A DNA stretch of 63,633 bases, filler included, from Dicyema japonicum (taxonomy: Eukaryota; Animalia; Dicyemida): NCBI GenBank assembly GCA_011109175.1. It is 4 parts of 4 records of this genome, joined end to end, with 100 filler letters (N's around TTAATTAATTAA, not from the genome) between each part and the next. Parts side by side here need not be neighbours in the genome. Positions count along the whole stretch, not along the records: positions 1 to 24,308 come from RDEW01000152.1; 3 more parts are not named here. The stretch is one strand, 5' to 3'. Numbering within the stretch: position 1 is the first letter of the stretch; each line of letters starts with the position of its first letter. A program made the translations under genes and the position numbers. Shown here piece by piece: positions 1 through 12,510 of the stretch. Under the pieces are notes generated by a model, which had not been told where the DNA came from, ran no database searches, and saw nothing but the letters and a program-made list of their open reading frames with translations.

Positions 1-781
1 CCCATAGTTCATAAATATTTTTATTTGACCTGTAGATCACTCCACGTTGAAGGAATCGAGATTATTTCCTCTGGAAATATTATCAACTAAATGTAGAAAC
101 ATACCCACACGTACAGCAAAAGAAAAATCAAGGTTAGAGTACGATTACTGGAGAATAACTTGTTAATAGAAAACCGATAGCAAATTCAAAACCTGTTAAT
201 AAGACAGAACAATGTGTGATAAGACAAAAAATACGAAAAATTCAGAAATGACTCTGTCTACTAGGTTCTTCCAACATATTCTGTTGCATGAAACACATCT
301 ATAGATCACTGCTGTTCTAGTTGCCATTTAACCACTCTCAATAACGTCGAGAGTCCTGGATAAATCAATCCCAAAGGGGAAGGTTTCTTCTCGTTTCCAT
401 GGATGTAATTTGACTACTGGCCCAAGGGGAGTTCAGATTTTTAAAAACAACTAAGATAGAGTTATACTTTAATTAAAAATCAATTTCGTGCTTTTAACGA
501 CAGTAAGTGGATATGCTTCATCTTACGAAAAGAGGTTTCTTCAAACCAATCACTCTAAACCTTAATCATCGTAAAAATTCCATATTTAAACTGAATCACG
601 AATCAAAGCGCATATTTCCGCCGTGTTATGTCTAGTTACTATAAAGCGTCGTTTTTAGAAATATGGAATTCTTTGGGAAAAGATGAAAAACAGGAAGCCA
701 GTATTTGGCTTAAAAAAAAGATCTCTGAGTTTAAGCTCGGTTTGTTCCTGGATCAGGTTTTCCAGTTATATTAATTTCTAG

Positions 782-1104
782 GTGGATCCACAGGGCATGA
801 TGATAATTTAAACATTCCTGTAAAGCAATTCATGGACAAAGAATCTACAAAAATGGAATGTGATGATGCTCAAGCGAAACCTGCCAAGAAAACCACTTCA
901 GAAGTCAGTAAAGTTAAGGCAGAGATTGTATCCAAATACGGTGCTAAGAAAGTGAAGATTGAAGCATGCGATGATGCAATTCGGAATGAAATAAGAGTGG
1001 AACCCCCATGTTTAGAAAATGATATAACTCCCGATGAGTCTAATTCAAACCTTTGTGTGATACTTGAGAAAGTTTCTCACCCGCCAAAACTGGATAATGA
1101 TTGA
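782..1104 (+). CDS. Probable terminal exon of an unknown low-complexity, charged host protein
   Basis: Open frame GSTGHDDNLNIPVKQFMDKESTK...KLDND* preceded by a candidate 25-nt GT-AG intron at 757-781; no recognisable domain. Confidence 0.3.
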
Positions 1105-1949
1105 TCTTTGTTTATTTTGGGTTTCTTGTCTTTTAATTCTTATTAAATTGGGTTTTTTGTTTTTTTTCTCTGACATTTTGAAGATTAAATAATTTTGTCA
1201 ATCTATGCATATGTGCGTTTGCTGTTGATCTTTGGAATAAGGCAGTTTTCCATAAATGATTCTTACAGTATCATAGCAGACCACGAGGGCAGATCCCGAG
1301 TCATAAGAGCTCAAAATTTTGATTTTTATATTAATGTTAAAGTGATCTTTTGGGATCAATTCACGGTAGGGACCACGTGGGCAAGTCCAAATTTAGTGAT
1401 TGAAAAATTCAAATCTTTAAAATAGTATTAAGCTGAAACCATGTGAGCGTCCGATTGAGGAGGGAAAGCAATTGATTCGAATCCTTCGTGTATCGACTCT
1501 CTTTGTCTTTCAAACGTCGTTGAGAGTTTGTCAAAACGCTATACGCTGAGGAAAAGGCTGAGAAGGCCAAAAAGAAGTGCAAAGAGCTCCTGGATTTACG
1601 TTCCAGTTTTTTGCGGTTTATACAACTGTAGGAATACGTCGAAAATCTCTGCATTTTCTGATAAATTGATGTCTGGCTACACTTTCGTGAAACCCAGTGG
1701 CTCTTGCAGTTTATCTCCTTTTCCACCGTGAGAAGCAGCCCTACATAGATTATGTCGACAGGGCCAATTGATTAATTAAATGTTTGTTTCCTTTTAAAAA
1801 TAAATGCTTTAACCTATTAATGACGTAAAATGACCTTGAAATGTCATATTTCATCTTGAATTGATAATCTCTCTTTGATGTGAATTTCATATTATTATTA
1901 GCCTTTTCACGAGAGCCATAAGCATGTGCAACAAAAAAATATAAGAGAA

Positions 1950-2330
1950 AGAGTAAGCTTCTTCCAGGCTTTTCTGTTCTTAGCCAGAACTCTCAGTGTG
2001 TCCAGGTCACCAGATGCCAATGTTTTCTTTATAGCTTTCAGTTCGTTGTGCAAAACGACTGAGAGGGTTGTTCTCGGTCTTCCACTAAATCGTTCTACAC
2101 GGGAGGAGTAGTACTCTTCCATGGCGATATTCGGGTGGGATCACGTGTCCAAAAAGTCTTCAACAAGAGCTAATGATCTCGAGGCTAATTGGTGTACAGT
2201 TACACTTATTGTACAGTTCTTTCCGCAAGATTTTGGATGACCAAGACAATCCAGTTATTTTTTTAAATGACTCCTGTGAAACGAGTCTAGACTTTCGAAT
2301 TCCTCTTTCGAGAGGCCATATTAATCCTAC
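1950..2330 (-). mobile_element. RTE-clade non-LTR retrotransposon, degraded 3' fragment
   Basis: RLFGHV...AMEEYY...SGRPRTTL...DLDTLRVLAKNRKAWKKL; same C-terminus as the copy at 60426-60806. Confidence 0.8.
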
Positions 2331-2609
2331 GAATATTTTAATAAAAAACAGACTAAATTGGCACCAATTAACTGTAAGTTGAAATTTGAAATTAAATAAT
2401 ATAATAATAATTAAGCACTACCGCGTTGCCACAAGCACGTAAGATGCCTAGGGTTTCGTTCGTGCAGAACACACATTTAATCAAAAGTCGTCTCCGTCGA
2501 CGTAGCGTTGCATCTCACGATTGCAACAGAGATCAACTAGAGAATCCACCGACCTTCACGTGCGTCGTGGCTACTCAGCTACGATGCTCCGGAACGAGAA
2601 CCGGTCAAA

Positions 2610-2760
2610 GACCTTCTGATTGAAGGTAACGTCTGATGACATTCGATCTGAAGGTCGTGGGTTCGAATCCAAAAGATGGAGTTTCAGCGTAGGACGATTC
2701 TCGACACTCGTGAGGCGACGTATCCTACTGGTATGACACAGAGAATAAAGTGATGTCCGC
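2610..2760 (+). mobile_element. tRNA(Arg-like)-derived SINE, family D
   Basis: GTCTGATGACATTCGATCTGAAGGTCGTGGGTTCGAATCC (anticodon arm-like segment plus B box); related copies at about 18245-18310 (+) and 31440-31590 (-). Confidence 0.55.
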
Positions 2761-4414
2761 AACGTTAGTACGTGTGATGATAATGGAAGAGGCCGAATCT
2801 ACTTCTCCACCTCTCTTTGGAAGTGGAAGCCTGTAATATACTATTGGAGGATGTATTAGGTCGACACAAGTCAAGGATTATTTATAACTTTAAGTTGATA
2901 CCACGATTTTTTGAACAATCACGGTTTTTGAAACGCTTTGTATTCCAAATCAAGGTCGAACTGTACCATGTTTTACTCTCTCTGCATATACACTATAGTG
3001 ACCTGGTCTTACAATGCAGCATGTTATGAAAACCTTATTCTATTGAAGATCAGAGAGAAATCTTGACTGAGAGGTAGTTTCTATACCCCTTCAACTACAA
3101 TCGTGATGTGCGAAGCGAACATTATATACATTATTCCTTCGACGAGTACTTTTTTCATTATGAAAGACCGGATAAATCATTCGATTCTGTAAAACAGATT
3201 ATAGAGGAGGCTGTTATAGGAACTGATATTTAAATCAATTTTATCGTTTTTGACTCCAAAGATACATCTTAGTAAAATAAATTTATTTTCTAGAAATATG
3301 TTGGGAACTAGCAAAAATCACAAATGGGAGATTTCAATGTTTCTCCTTTGGGAATAAAGTTTAATCATTAGCGCATCTACGAGTACAGCACGGACATACA
3401 ATTAGTTTTACAAGAAATCAGAAACGGTGAGCAAATTTTTAAGAAATTGAAAAACTACGAAATGACATCTTTGATAAAAGTTTTACGACAAGCATGAACA
3501 ATTTTGAATATTTAAGTTATTTTTAGATTTCCGAAGAAGTTCAAAAAATTTTCCGTTACTATATTCACGCCATGTCTTCCATTTCACGAATCTCTATTAA
3601 ATATCAAGTCGTCACTTATTTCCCGGCCACTCTCTCATGGTTGAAGGAAATGGCCTAAATCCAAACGTCTTGATATCAACCAGGTTTTAATGCACAACTC
3701 ATATCCGTACATTGAAGAATTTCTACCCTCAATAAATTAAAAGGTCTCCTCACAAGTTTATGATGTTTGGAAAATGGGTTACTTTCAAGAAAGTCATGGT
3801 TCAGTTTTCGTAGAATGACGTAACTGTTAGAAATGTTATCGTGGATTTAAATGAATTATTTGAATATCAGAAAAAAGGTAGAACAATTGAAAATCAAGCC
3901 GCAAACTGTTCGGTTCAATCATCGAAAAAAAGTTATTTGAGCTTTCACGTTAGTGTCATCATCGTAGTTGACATGACACATCGATAATGAATTTTAACTG
4001 TCTTGTTCACATATAACATTCCCTCATACTAAATTCACGTCATGTCCTCCACGTCGTAGTTAATGAAGGTCAATTTGCAAAAAATAAATTAAAATTGAAT
4101 TATGTAACTCAGAATTTTTTAGGTTTAAAATTTCGGTCTTTAAATAATAATAAAAATATTTACTAAATTGATAATTTTTGACAAGATTTATTAAGTAACA
4201 AGAAAATCCAAATAATCCAATTGAGAGGATGGAATGGCGTTTCCCTTGACACTGCCAGAGAAATCTTTTGTAACAGCTAGACTTCGTTCGTCTAGGAGAT
4301 TTTTTTAAAATAGCCTTATATACATGGCGAATATGATGTTTTTCTATTTTTATAATTTGCGAAAATGACTTTTAACTAATAACTTTTTTTAATAATAAAA
4401 TATTATTTATTAAC

Positions 4415-4550
4415 TATAGGAAGAGCGGCTGCTGACATTACGGAGTAAGCGTTTCCGCGGACAACTGCAATCCCAAATCGTTGCCTCAGTCAGACCGCTT
4501 CCCGCACGTCTTTTTTACGGTGGGTCATTTTCCCCCCAATTTCCTTCAGA
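4415..4550 (-). mobile_element. 3' end of a CRE-like (restriction-like endonuclease) non-LTR retrotransposon
   Basis: Minus strand reads KEIGGKMTHRKKDVREAV*LRQRFGIAVVRGNAYSVMSAA (QR.SIA.QRGNA C-terminal motif), followed by an A-rich tail. Confidence 0.65.
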
Positions 4551-4899
4551 AAGAACAATAACTTAAATAAAAATTATTATTAAAAAAATTCTTAATTGAA
4601 AGTATAGATTCCAGATAATTCATAATTCCGTATATATCGTTACTGAAAGTCTGACCTTTTCAATGACCTTCCTGATTTAAAAAAAAATTTTGACTTTTGA
4701 TAATTATATAATATTTTTGATCAAATGTAAAAGTACTATATTAAGTAACAATTAATAAACACAGCCATCCAATTGCAACAGAAATCAATTGAAGAAGTAA
4801 CCGGGTCTCACGTCGTGGCCTTTTAGTGTAGCTGGACGTCCAAGTTTCGGAAACGAAACGATTTCTACGAATTCCTGCAGTTGTCTCGACTACAACGGG

Positions 4900-6800
4900 A
4901 TAGAACATTTTGGTTAAATTACATTTTTACAACTATTAAGCAATTTTAAAGAACATGAATTTTTACTTTATTGACAAAAATCGCTTTAGTTATTAAGCAT
5001 TTTAACAAAGCTATTAACAAATCGGAAAACCCTGAATAAAGATTTGAGTTGATGACAGTGTGGCAGCAGATGGTTAAGTGATTAAAGAACTCGTAAAGGA
5101 ATTTATTAGTTTGGTTTACCTTTGGTCTTAATAGTAATTCAGTCCATCGCCGATTAGTAATTTTTCCAATACTCATCTCGCATAGGCAGATTTAAAGAAC
5201 ACTTGAACTAATTAATCAAAGGCCAAGACATCCTAATTGTTCTTAACTTATTGTTATTTTTTTTAGCTTGCGTGTGAGTCCCTTTGACAATCCTGGTTCC
5301 CAGTTTTTTGAGGTTTCTGGAAATTTACTCATTCACTTTAGAATGATACTTTTTGAAAGACATTAGAAAAGTGAAATTGGTATCAACTTGGAAATGATTC
5401 TCAGCACACATCTTCTCAAAACAGATCAATCGTCTGTGTGTGATTCGAAATGACATAACCATATCACCTGGAGTTGATTTTATAGTTCTCGGGAGACTAT
5501 TGAATACAGTAGACTCTCCTATAATAAATAAGACAGTTTATGGTCAAATACGGAATTTCTGTCTCCAGGAGTGATGGATCTAACAGGTATTCAAATGGAT
5601 ACCATTGCATAGCTTCTTGATGGTCGAAATCATGGCAAGAGAGTCCATTTGCACTGATTAAAAATTGGCAAGTTCAACCAGATTAGAGTACAATTGTTTT
5701 TATTGGTCGGTCAATGCACACAAATGCCTGCTCTCCTTTAATTATAAATGCCTGACAGATTTTTTAACGGGTAAGTAGTGAGTCAACAGGTCACTTGCTT
5801 TCCGTATCATGCATGTGTTAAGTTTCAATGAGCTCAAATAGCTGTTGATCACCCACCTGTAGTTCAGTTTCTGAGGCATTAATATCTCTGCCATGATGAA
5901 TAGGATTCCAATTTTTTGGAATTCAGCGGCCGAGCTTAAAATTAGCGAAAACTAACATAAAATTCAAGGATTTAAAAAATTTAGAAAAGATAAGTACTCA
6001 AGTAAGTCATTCTGAATGGAAGTCCCAGACAGAAGGATCCATTTCTCAACATTCAAACTCATCAGAGCCTTGTAAACCCATTAAAGTAAATAGTTAAATG
6101 AACCTCATCACAAATCAATCCACAGAATTTGTCAGTGGTTTGCTGTGCAGTTAAAAGGTCTCATAGGAGATAATCAAAACAAAAGAATTTCGCATGCACG
6201 TGACAGTGAATTGACCTGGTAGGGTTTTGAATTATATTTTACCAAATTAGATTCTACGTGGTCCTTGCCTCCCCCGTCAATGGCCATCACGTTGATTTTG
6301 TATCCAAGCTAATTTCCGAATTGCATTTTGCCAGTTCTACTAAACATATTTAAAAAACCTCATAGTCAGTAGACGACTACTTTCTTAAAGAGAAGACTGG
6401 ATTCAGGTCCTTGGTTCTGAATTGTTAAGTAAACAGTACTATTAGAGTCCAAATGATGCAAATAAACTAGGTCTTCCCGAGTCCCTAATACTAAGTTTGC
6501 AGCAAAAACCATTTCATCAGCCATTATACAGCCGTAATAATCAGCCAGCCTGACTCTTCTCTCTTTGGTTAGGTCGCAGGATATTAGAAAATATGGGATC
6601 TACCACCACGTAAACCTTCAGTTTAGTTCTCAATTTAAACAAAAATTGCAAACTTATCGAGTCTAATAGTTTCCTCTTGAGTAAGTGGTAGGGGAAAATA
6701 CAAAACTACAGCATTTTCTACAGAGAGATCGTGAAGAGAAGCACATATTAAGTCTCTACTTCCTCTTTGATGCCATTCACAAGGTATAATTCGCTATAGG
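4900..6800 (-). mobile_element. Heavily degraded CR1/Jockey-like LINE (APE + RT remnants)
   Basis: Scattered frameshifted motifs (IPKNWNPIHHGRD..NYR, SFESH, KITNRRWT) in LINE ORF2 order. Confidence 0.5.
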
Positions 6801-7465
6801 AGTTTGAATGGTTTATGATGTTATTTATTTTCTAATTATGAAATTTACTGACATCTCTATAGGACCCGAAGTATTTTTGTGTCGAATTTATACTAAATTT
6901 ATTTACAACAAAGACAACCACTCGAGAGCCGCGCTTTTTTAAAAATAAGAAATTAAATATTAATTTATAATGTGACCATCTTTGAACAGAAAAAAAGTTG
7001 TTGGTATTTTACCTGACCTAGACCGCCATCTCATAAAATAAAGAACCCATAAATATGTGTCCGACACAAGGAATTTGGGACATGCATTCTTTCTGTACAA
7101 GTTTGGCTTTCAAAATATTATTGACTAGATAGACAGTCGTCATTGTTGCGAACAATGGTAATTCCTAGACGTTACAGAAAAACCAACACCGCTTCCAAGG
7201 ATCTCGTATCCCCGAAATCTTAAACGTGATTGAGACGAAAGGAACGATCCGCAATATTTATAACTAACACGCCGCTAGCACACATTTTGGAAGCTATTCC
7301 AGTTCATTTTTTTCAATTTGAGTGATTATAAACAACATTTTTTTAAATCAAACAAGATAAAGAGGTAATGTGATATTGTTCTACGAGAGAAAATAGAACA
7401 TCTGTTCCCCCAACAAATGCTATAATAATAATAACACGAGAGACGGTTTACAGAAGCTAATAATT

Positions 7466-7740
7466 CACGTGATCCCAGCACGCTCTAGCAGGGACCTCAT
7501 CTTGGCCTGATGGTCTTCCCTCGACCAACACAAGCACGTATCGGTCGAATGACTAGACACTCGCAGTCACGACGGTGCGTTTCATGGTCCATTCATATCG
7601 AGGCTTTAAGAGGCATTGGTGACTGGAACTTTTCAAAATCCAGCGTTCTGTGATTTTGGAAACTCTTTTCCGGCTAGCCTCGAACTTCAAGACATTCGTC
7701 CAAGAAATGAATGGGCCCAAATACCACATGCATAAGAGAG
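7466..7740 (+). repeat. Dispersed repeat family C, possibly the decayed 3' end of an R4-like non-LTR element
   Basis: Clear inverted homologue at 17450-17700, which translates ...EIQRSVILESLILL, reminiscent of RLE C-termini. Confidence 0.55.
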
Positions 7741-9338
7741 CTATAGAATCCTTTGAGCAAACGATTACATTTCCTGCTCGAATATGATTTTCCTCGCATA
7801 AGTTGAACAGTAAAATTTTCTTCCAAAATTGTAAAAATATACTGTTTGTATAATGACTCGAGTGAATGAATAAAAAAAAAATTGGGGATCTACAAAGGGT
7901 TTGAGAAATCCCATCTTCTTTTTGAGTTGCGAAATTATAAAATCTATGTGATATGTGAATGTAACAATGGGTTTAATACAGAGGTTTCAAACTCATTGCA
8001 ATCAAGTTTCTAAATTTTATTTAAAATTTTTCTAATTATGCCAGGACCAAGGATATCTATCGAACACTTTAATACGGCAAAAGGCTTATGCCAGTATTAA
8101 GTTCTTGTTTGCCAGAATTATACATTCCGACATGATACAAGAAGAGGTTTCGATCCCGTACAGACTCCGTAAATCCCTTATATGCAATAACAATTGTTTT
8201 TGATCATCAACATGTGGAAAGGTCATTTTTGTAATGACATTTTCTTGAATAGCTCTTTCAGTGGCAGACCCGCCACCGCCAGTGATCGATCTCGAAATTC
8301 AACCGACGATATGGGTAGATGAGATCTATTTGATTGAATGTGAATAATAAAAATTATTGTTCAAAAGACGAGAAATCATTAAATCTTTCTTTAAATTCTT
8401 TTAACAACGATTTTAGTTGTTTTTCATATTTAGGAAAATTTATTACAATATGTGCACCAACAGTATTCCAGAGCTCTTTGGACGTAAGAAATGAACTAAA
8501 TATTTAATAGCTGAGACTTCCATAATTTGTGTTCGGAAACAGTATTTCTGCTTAATTAAATATTTTTAAACAAGTGGCCGTTGTCTGGCAAATAATTTTT
8601 GCTATTTTTACAAGACATTGCAAATCAACATTGCAAGCATTCGGCTGCATGATAAAATCAACACTCATAGTGTGCAGTGACTGATACAGTACTTTGATTA
8701 TGTATTTTGTGAAATGAGTCTCTAACGCAGTTAAATTTTTTTAAAAGAAATGCCTTAAAATACATTTGATGACCTTTCTCCATCAGCGGGAGAATACAAT
8801 ATGGGTGTGCGATAAAAGCGGGTGTCGAACTTATAGTTCTATCAGAAACGGTATAATAAGAGAGTACTTTATTTTTAGGTACGTGGCATAAATGCACGAC
8901 AGTTTCGTTACAAACCTGTATTCGTTTCATATATATTTTGCAGGTATTAAATATTCAGAGTTATTTTGTAGAATTTTTGTGGAGAAGGCAAGTGAGCCAT
9001 TTGGACAACTCCTTCGATGATTTAATAGATGCGATCGTTAGAGATTGTCTACCGAACATCACGCTGCGTAGAAACAACTGACTTATTTTTGTAATAATGA
9101 CTTTTTTCGCCAAGGGAATGATTATAGGCATCTATATAAAGCCCATAACCATTTCTTCTTAAGTAGAGGGTCGTTAATAGCTAGCTTTTACTTTGTCGGT
9201 ATCGTTTTAACACCACTAAGTCGTTAAGATTTAGCAATTTATTTAAAAAAAATTATAATAATATTTACAAATTCGGCATTGTTCAATTTTTTTAATTTTG
9301 GATCTAATATTCAAAAAACATTTCATTAATTTATTTAG

Positions 9339-9650
9339 AGCCTGGTGGCATAGTTGTTAGGTGTCGGGCTAAAGTGACTTAGGTTACGAGTTCGAATCTC
9401 GCTGCTGTTCACTTGGTGGAAGTTTCCACCCATCTACGATGCTAAAAAAGGCTTGACGAGTGACGCCGTCATCATAGCAGTTAGCATTGTCTAGAAAGGA
9501 CCCATACACAAGAAAATACAATAGAAGTGAAGATCATTCCTTGGTTTTACGATTAGTTAAAATTAACTGTTCTTTACTTAAATACCGTGTGTGTCCTGCT
9601 TATACTGAGCTAATACCACGGCTCCGTGAAAAAGGCTGTTATTATTATTA
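9339..9650 (+). mobile_element. tRNA-derived SINE with (TTA)n tail
   Basis: A-box-like TGGCATAGTTG, B box GTTCGAATC and TTATTATTATTA tail; second copy at 21189-21470 (-), fragment at about 33200-33290 (-). Confidence 0.75.
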
Positions 9651-9739
9651 TGTTATTCGTGAAACATGTATTGCAAAAGTACCAATTTTTTCGCAACACG
9701 CATTGAACCTTCCTGGTTAATAAGCAACTTAATACCTTT

Positions 9740-9920
9740 GAAATAATTGTTGATCGATGATTAGATTGGTAATGCCTTTTTAGGTTATATTCTTTCGGTA
9801 TAGCGATAAACCGGTTACATATTAAACAATTTATTTTTCCATCAACCGTTGTGCAAAAATAGAGAAGTTCCCATTTATCTTGAAACACTCTATGTTCATC
9901 GTTCAAGCACCGTTTGGTTT
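9740..9920 (-). mobile_element. hAT (Buster/SPIN/GTF2IRD2-like) transposase N-terminal zinc-finger fragment
   Basis: HRVFQDKWELLYF...CLICNRFIAIPKEYNLKRHYQSNH. Confidence 0.8.
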
Positions 9921-9929
9921 AATGTGACT

Positions 9930-11330
9930 TCTAGGGTGTAGGGGGTTTCTTTATTGGAATAAGAATCTGTTCAGAGTCAATCTGGATGTGATCGACGTAT
10001 CTTTTCTGTATACCTGACAATCAAATACTTGAATTTTCTGAAGCAATCTTTTCAGATAGAATCAAAGCTTCAGTTGTTTCAAAGTCTCTTGTGTTCTTTG
10101 TATTGCTTCTTCTGGTAGTCGATAGTATGAGATTATAAGATCGTCGAAAGTGAGACTATAAGATTGTCGGAGAGTGTTGCAGCATTTGGAGTGTTGAGTT
10201 CTTTGAGAAAAAGATTAAATTATGTTGAATATAGTTGAGATCCTTGAGGACTTTGATCTTCGATTTCTTATCGTCGTTTGTCCTCTTCGGCCACTGACAA
10301 AGTTAGCTAGCTATGTTTTTAATTTATGATATAGATGAAAATGGATAAATTTTTGCTGTCAATATCTTCTGCAGTACAATTCAAAAGCCTTCTTGATGTC
10401 TAAAGAGACCAGCAGCTTTCTCTCATATTGTTTTGCGTAATTCAATACGTCAGAGATAAATTTGAACCAGCTTCGTCTGGTGAGAAGAGAAGCTCTGTCT
10501 GAATCCATATATATAGGAGGTTGTCAGAAGAAGACGAACTTCTAAGGACTAATTTTTACAGTGTTCGGTAGTTAAGAGCAAGGGTCGTCTCGTGGTTTAT
10601 TCTTTTCATTATCCGATAAATTAAGGATTTTTTTCTGTATTGAAGGAATTCCGTTTTTGTTTATACAGTGGTTTAAAAATTTGGTAATCGCCTCGATTAA
10701 AGTGGTTCCAAATGCTTCAACTCTGTAATTGAGATATTATCTGGCCTGAATGATGTGTTCTTTATATAAATATTTTCTAGGGAATATATCCTCAGGAATG
10801 AAGATCTGCATAACTGGCTATTTCTTCATTCTCACGTGTTTTGGCTGAAAAAAAAATTTTACATTAAGGTATGTGGTTTATAGTGACATGTAGTTTCATA
10901 AGTACGCGGGATTTATTCCTGGTACTTGTTGAGAAGTAATTCCAGTGGGAATTTTCTTATGCTTCTTTAAAGTTCTCCAAAGTGACGAGGTCGGTGATTT
11001 TTTTTTGGAACTGTTAAGAACGGGTTCCAATTTCTTCTCGTTATGTCTAGTATTTCTTTAGTTATCTCTTGATTCATTTGATTTCTCAGTTATCTAAATT
11101 AGTCTGTTTCTCTCCATAGTGAGAACTTTTGTGTCAGTGTCCAATCTATTCGAAGTTTGATTCGGCCTATAGGAATGAATTTTTTGAGAATAACTTTATT
11201 GATGAATTCAACGAGCATGTCAATTAAGGGAATTATTAATAAGTCGTCTATGTTTCTGGTTTGTGGTTGCAATATGCACGAAAAGTTAGATTTATTTTAT
11301 TAGGATTTGAACTTTCTTATATGCATCGCT
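9930..11330 (-). mobile_element. Degraded Jockey/I-like LINE reverse transcriptase
   Basis: LLVSLDIKKAF motif near 10385-10420 plus other frameshifted RT-like segments. Confidence 0.55.
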
Positions 11331-11449
11331 CAGTCCTAAGATAGGACCAGAAGGAATTGCCACAAGGTTTTTGTTATTTTCGATTAAAATAATTTATTAA
11401 TACGGAAAATTCCCACAATTTTAAATCACGAATCATTCAATTATTTCCA

Positions 11450-11666
11450 AAGACCAAGGGTAACTAAACTAACCAACTCCTCGATCTTGACTCGTTCCAG
11501 CATTCCAGAACTTGTCACCAGGTAACGACGTTGTCCTCGGGAAGAATTGTTAGGATCCTATTGATGCCGGGCAGGCATTGGGCGTCTCCTCAGTAAAATG
11601 GATCCAGTGACGCCATCGGAAGGAAGGAGAATACAACTATCCACGTAGCACCACATGGCGTCACGC
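11450..11666 (-). mobile_element. SINE-like element, subfamily A, with double-pseudoknot core
   Basis: Head GTGACGCCATGTGGTGCT; core (11553-11614) GGCGTC..GGATCC..GACGCC..ATGCC/GGCAT..GGATCC; homologous to 24190-24308, 24635-24810, 32940-33190 and 33945-34136. Confidence 0.75.
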
Positions 11667-11673
11667 TCTAGTA

Positions 11674-12510
11674 CAGTGGTTTTCAACGGCGATCCGCTGC
11701 TACTTAGGTGTGGCCCGCTTAAAATTATAAAAATATTACATATTTTAACTATTGTTTTTATATTGAATATATTTTGCATTAAATTTTAGTTGATTAATAT
11801 CATTAATATTCTTTGTGATGTCTGAAAAACGTGTCATTCAAGAAAATCGTGCATTTAACCGTGAACGGGAGGAAAAATTTTTTGTTTTTGAAGTCAGCAA
11901 ATTGCCTGATTTGTCATTTTACTATACGATGTCTTAATAATATAATGTCGAGAGGCATTATTTGAATCATTCTTCAGAATATGATTATTTTCAAGGTGAA
12001 TCAAAAAAATCAAATTTCTATCTATAAAATCAAAAACTACAAACCATTTTGTTAAAACAGCCCATGTTGTCAAAATTCGTTACAATAACTTCATATAAGA
12101 TTAGTCATCTTATCGTAAAGCTTATGCAACCTTACACTGAAGGGGAACTTATCAAGCAAGTTATTCTCATATTCACAGAAGAATTATTTAGTGCTCCTAC
12201 AGAAATGGATCCTGCAACCGCTCCTGACGAATTTCAAGCGGAACTCATTGAAATGCAGTCGGATATAGAGCTCACTGCAGTATTAAAAAAAGGTCAACTA
12301 TTAGAATTTTAAAGTAGAATCTCAATTTTAAAATACCCAAATTCGGTTCCTAGTGCTTATAAAAAATGCGTATGTATTTGTATCAACGTGGATCAAAACC
12401 AAATTTCGCGACCAATTAACTGATTAACATCACACACGTCGTCATCAAAAAACTGAGTCCCTGTTTTGAAAGAATAGTAAAAGGAAAGAAGATTCAATTC
12501 CCACATTAAG
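11674..12510 (+). mobile_element. Internally deleted hAT (Charlie/Buster-type) element
   Basis: Starts with TIR-like CAGTGGTTTTCAAC. N-terminal ENRAFN...CLICH...YNVERHY and QPYTEGELIK are fused directly to C-terminal APDEFQAELIEMQSD, so the catalytic core is missing. Confidence 0.7.

Noticed and set aside
2633-2680. CTGATGA...GAAA hammerhead-like core in family D (also ~18261 and ~31520-31565)
   Set aside because: Stem II does not abut the core, no stems I/III are evident, and the segment matches a tRNA anticodon/T arm with a B box.
4419-4517. GC-rich three-way-junction fold followed by T6, resembling a Pol III ncRNA
   Set aside because: The opposite strand encodes the QRFGIAVVRGNA C-terminus of a CRE-like retrotransposon, which explains it.
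8658-8930. FIAHPYC motif reminiscent of TRP channels
   Set aside because: A single short motif with no supportable gene model.
9339-9412. Possible tRNA gene
   Set aside because: No complete cloverleaf or acceptor stem; it continues into a repeated SINE body.
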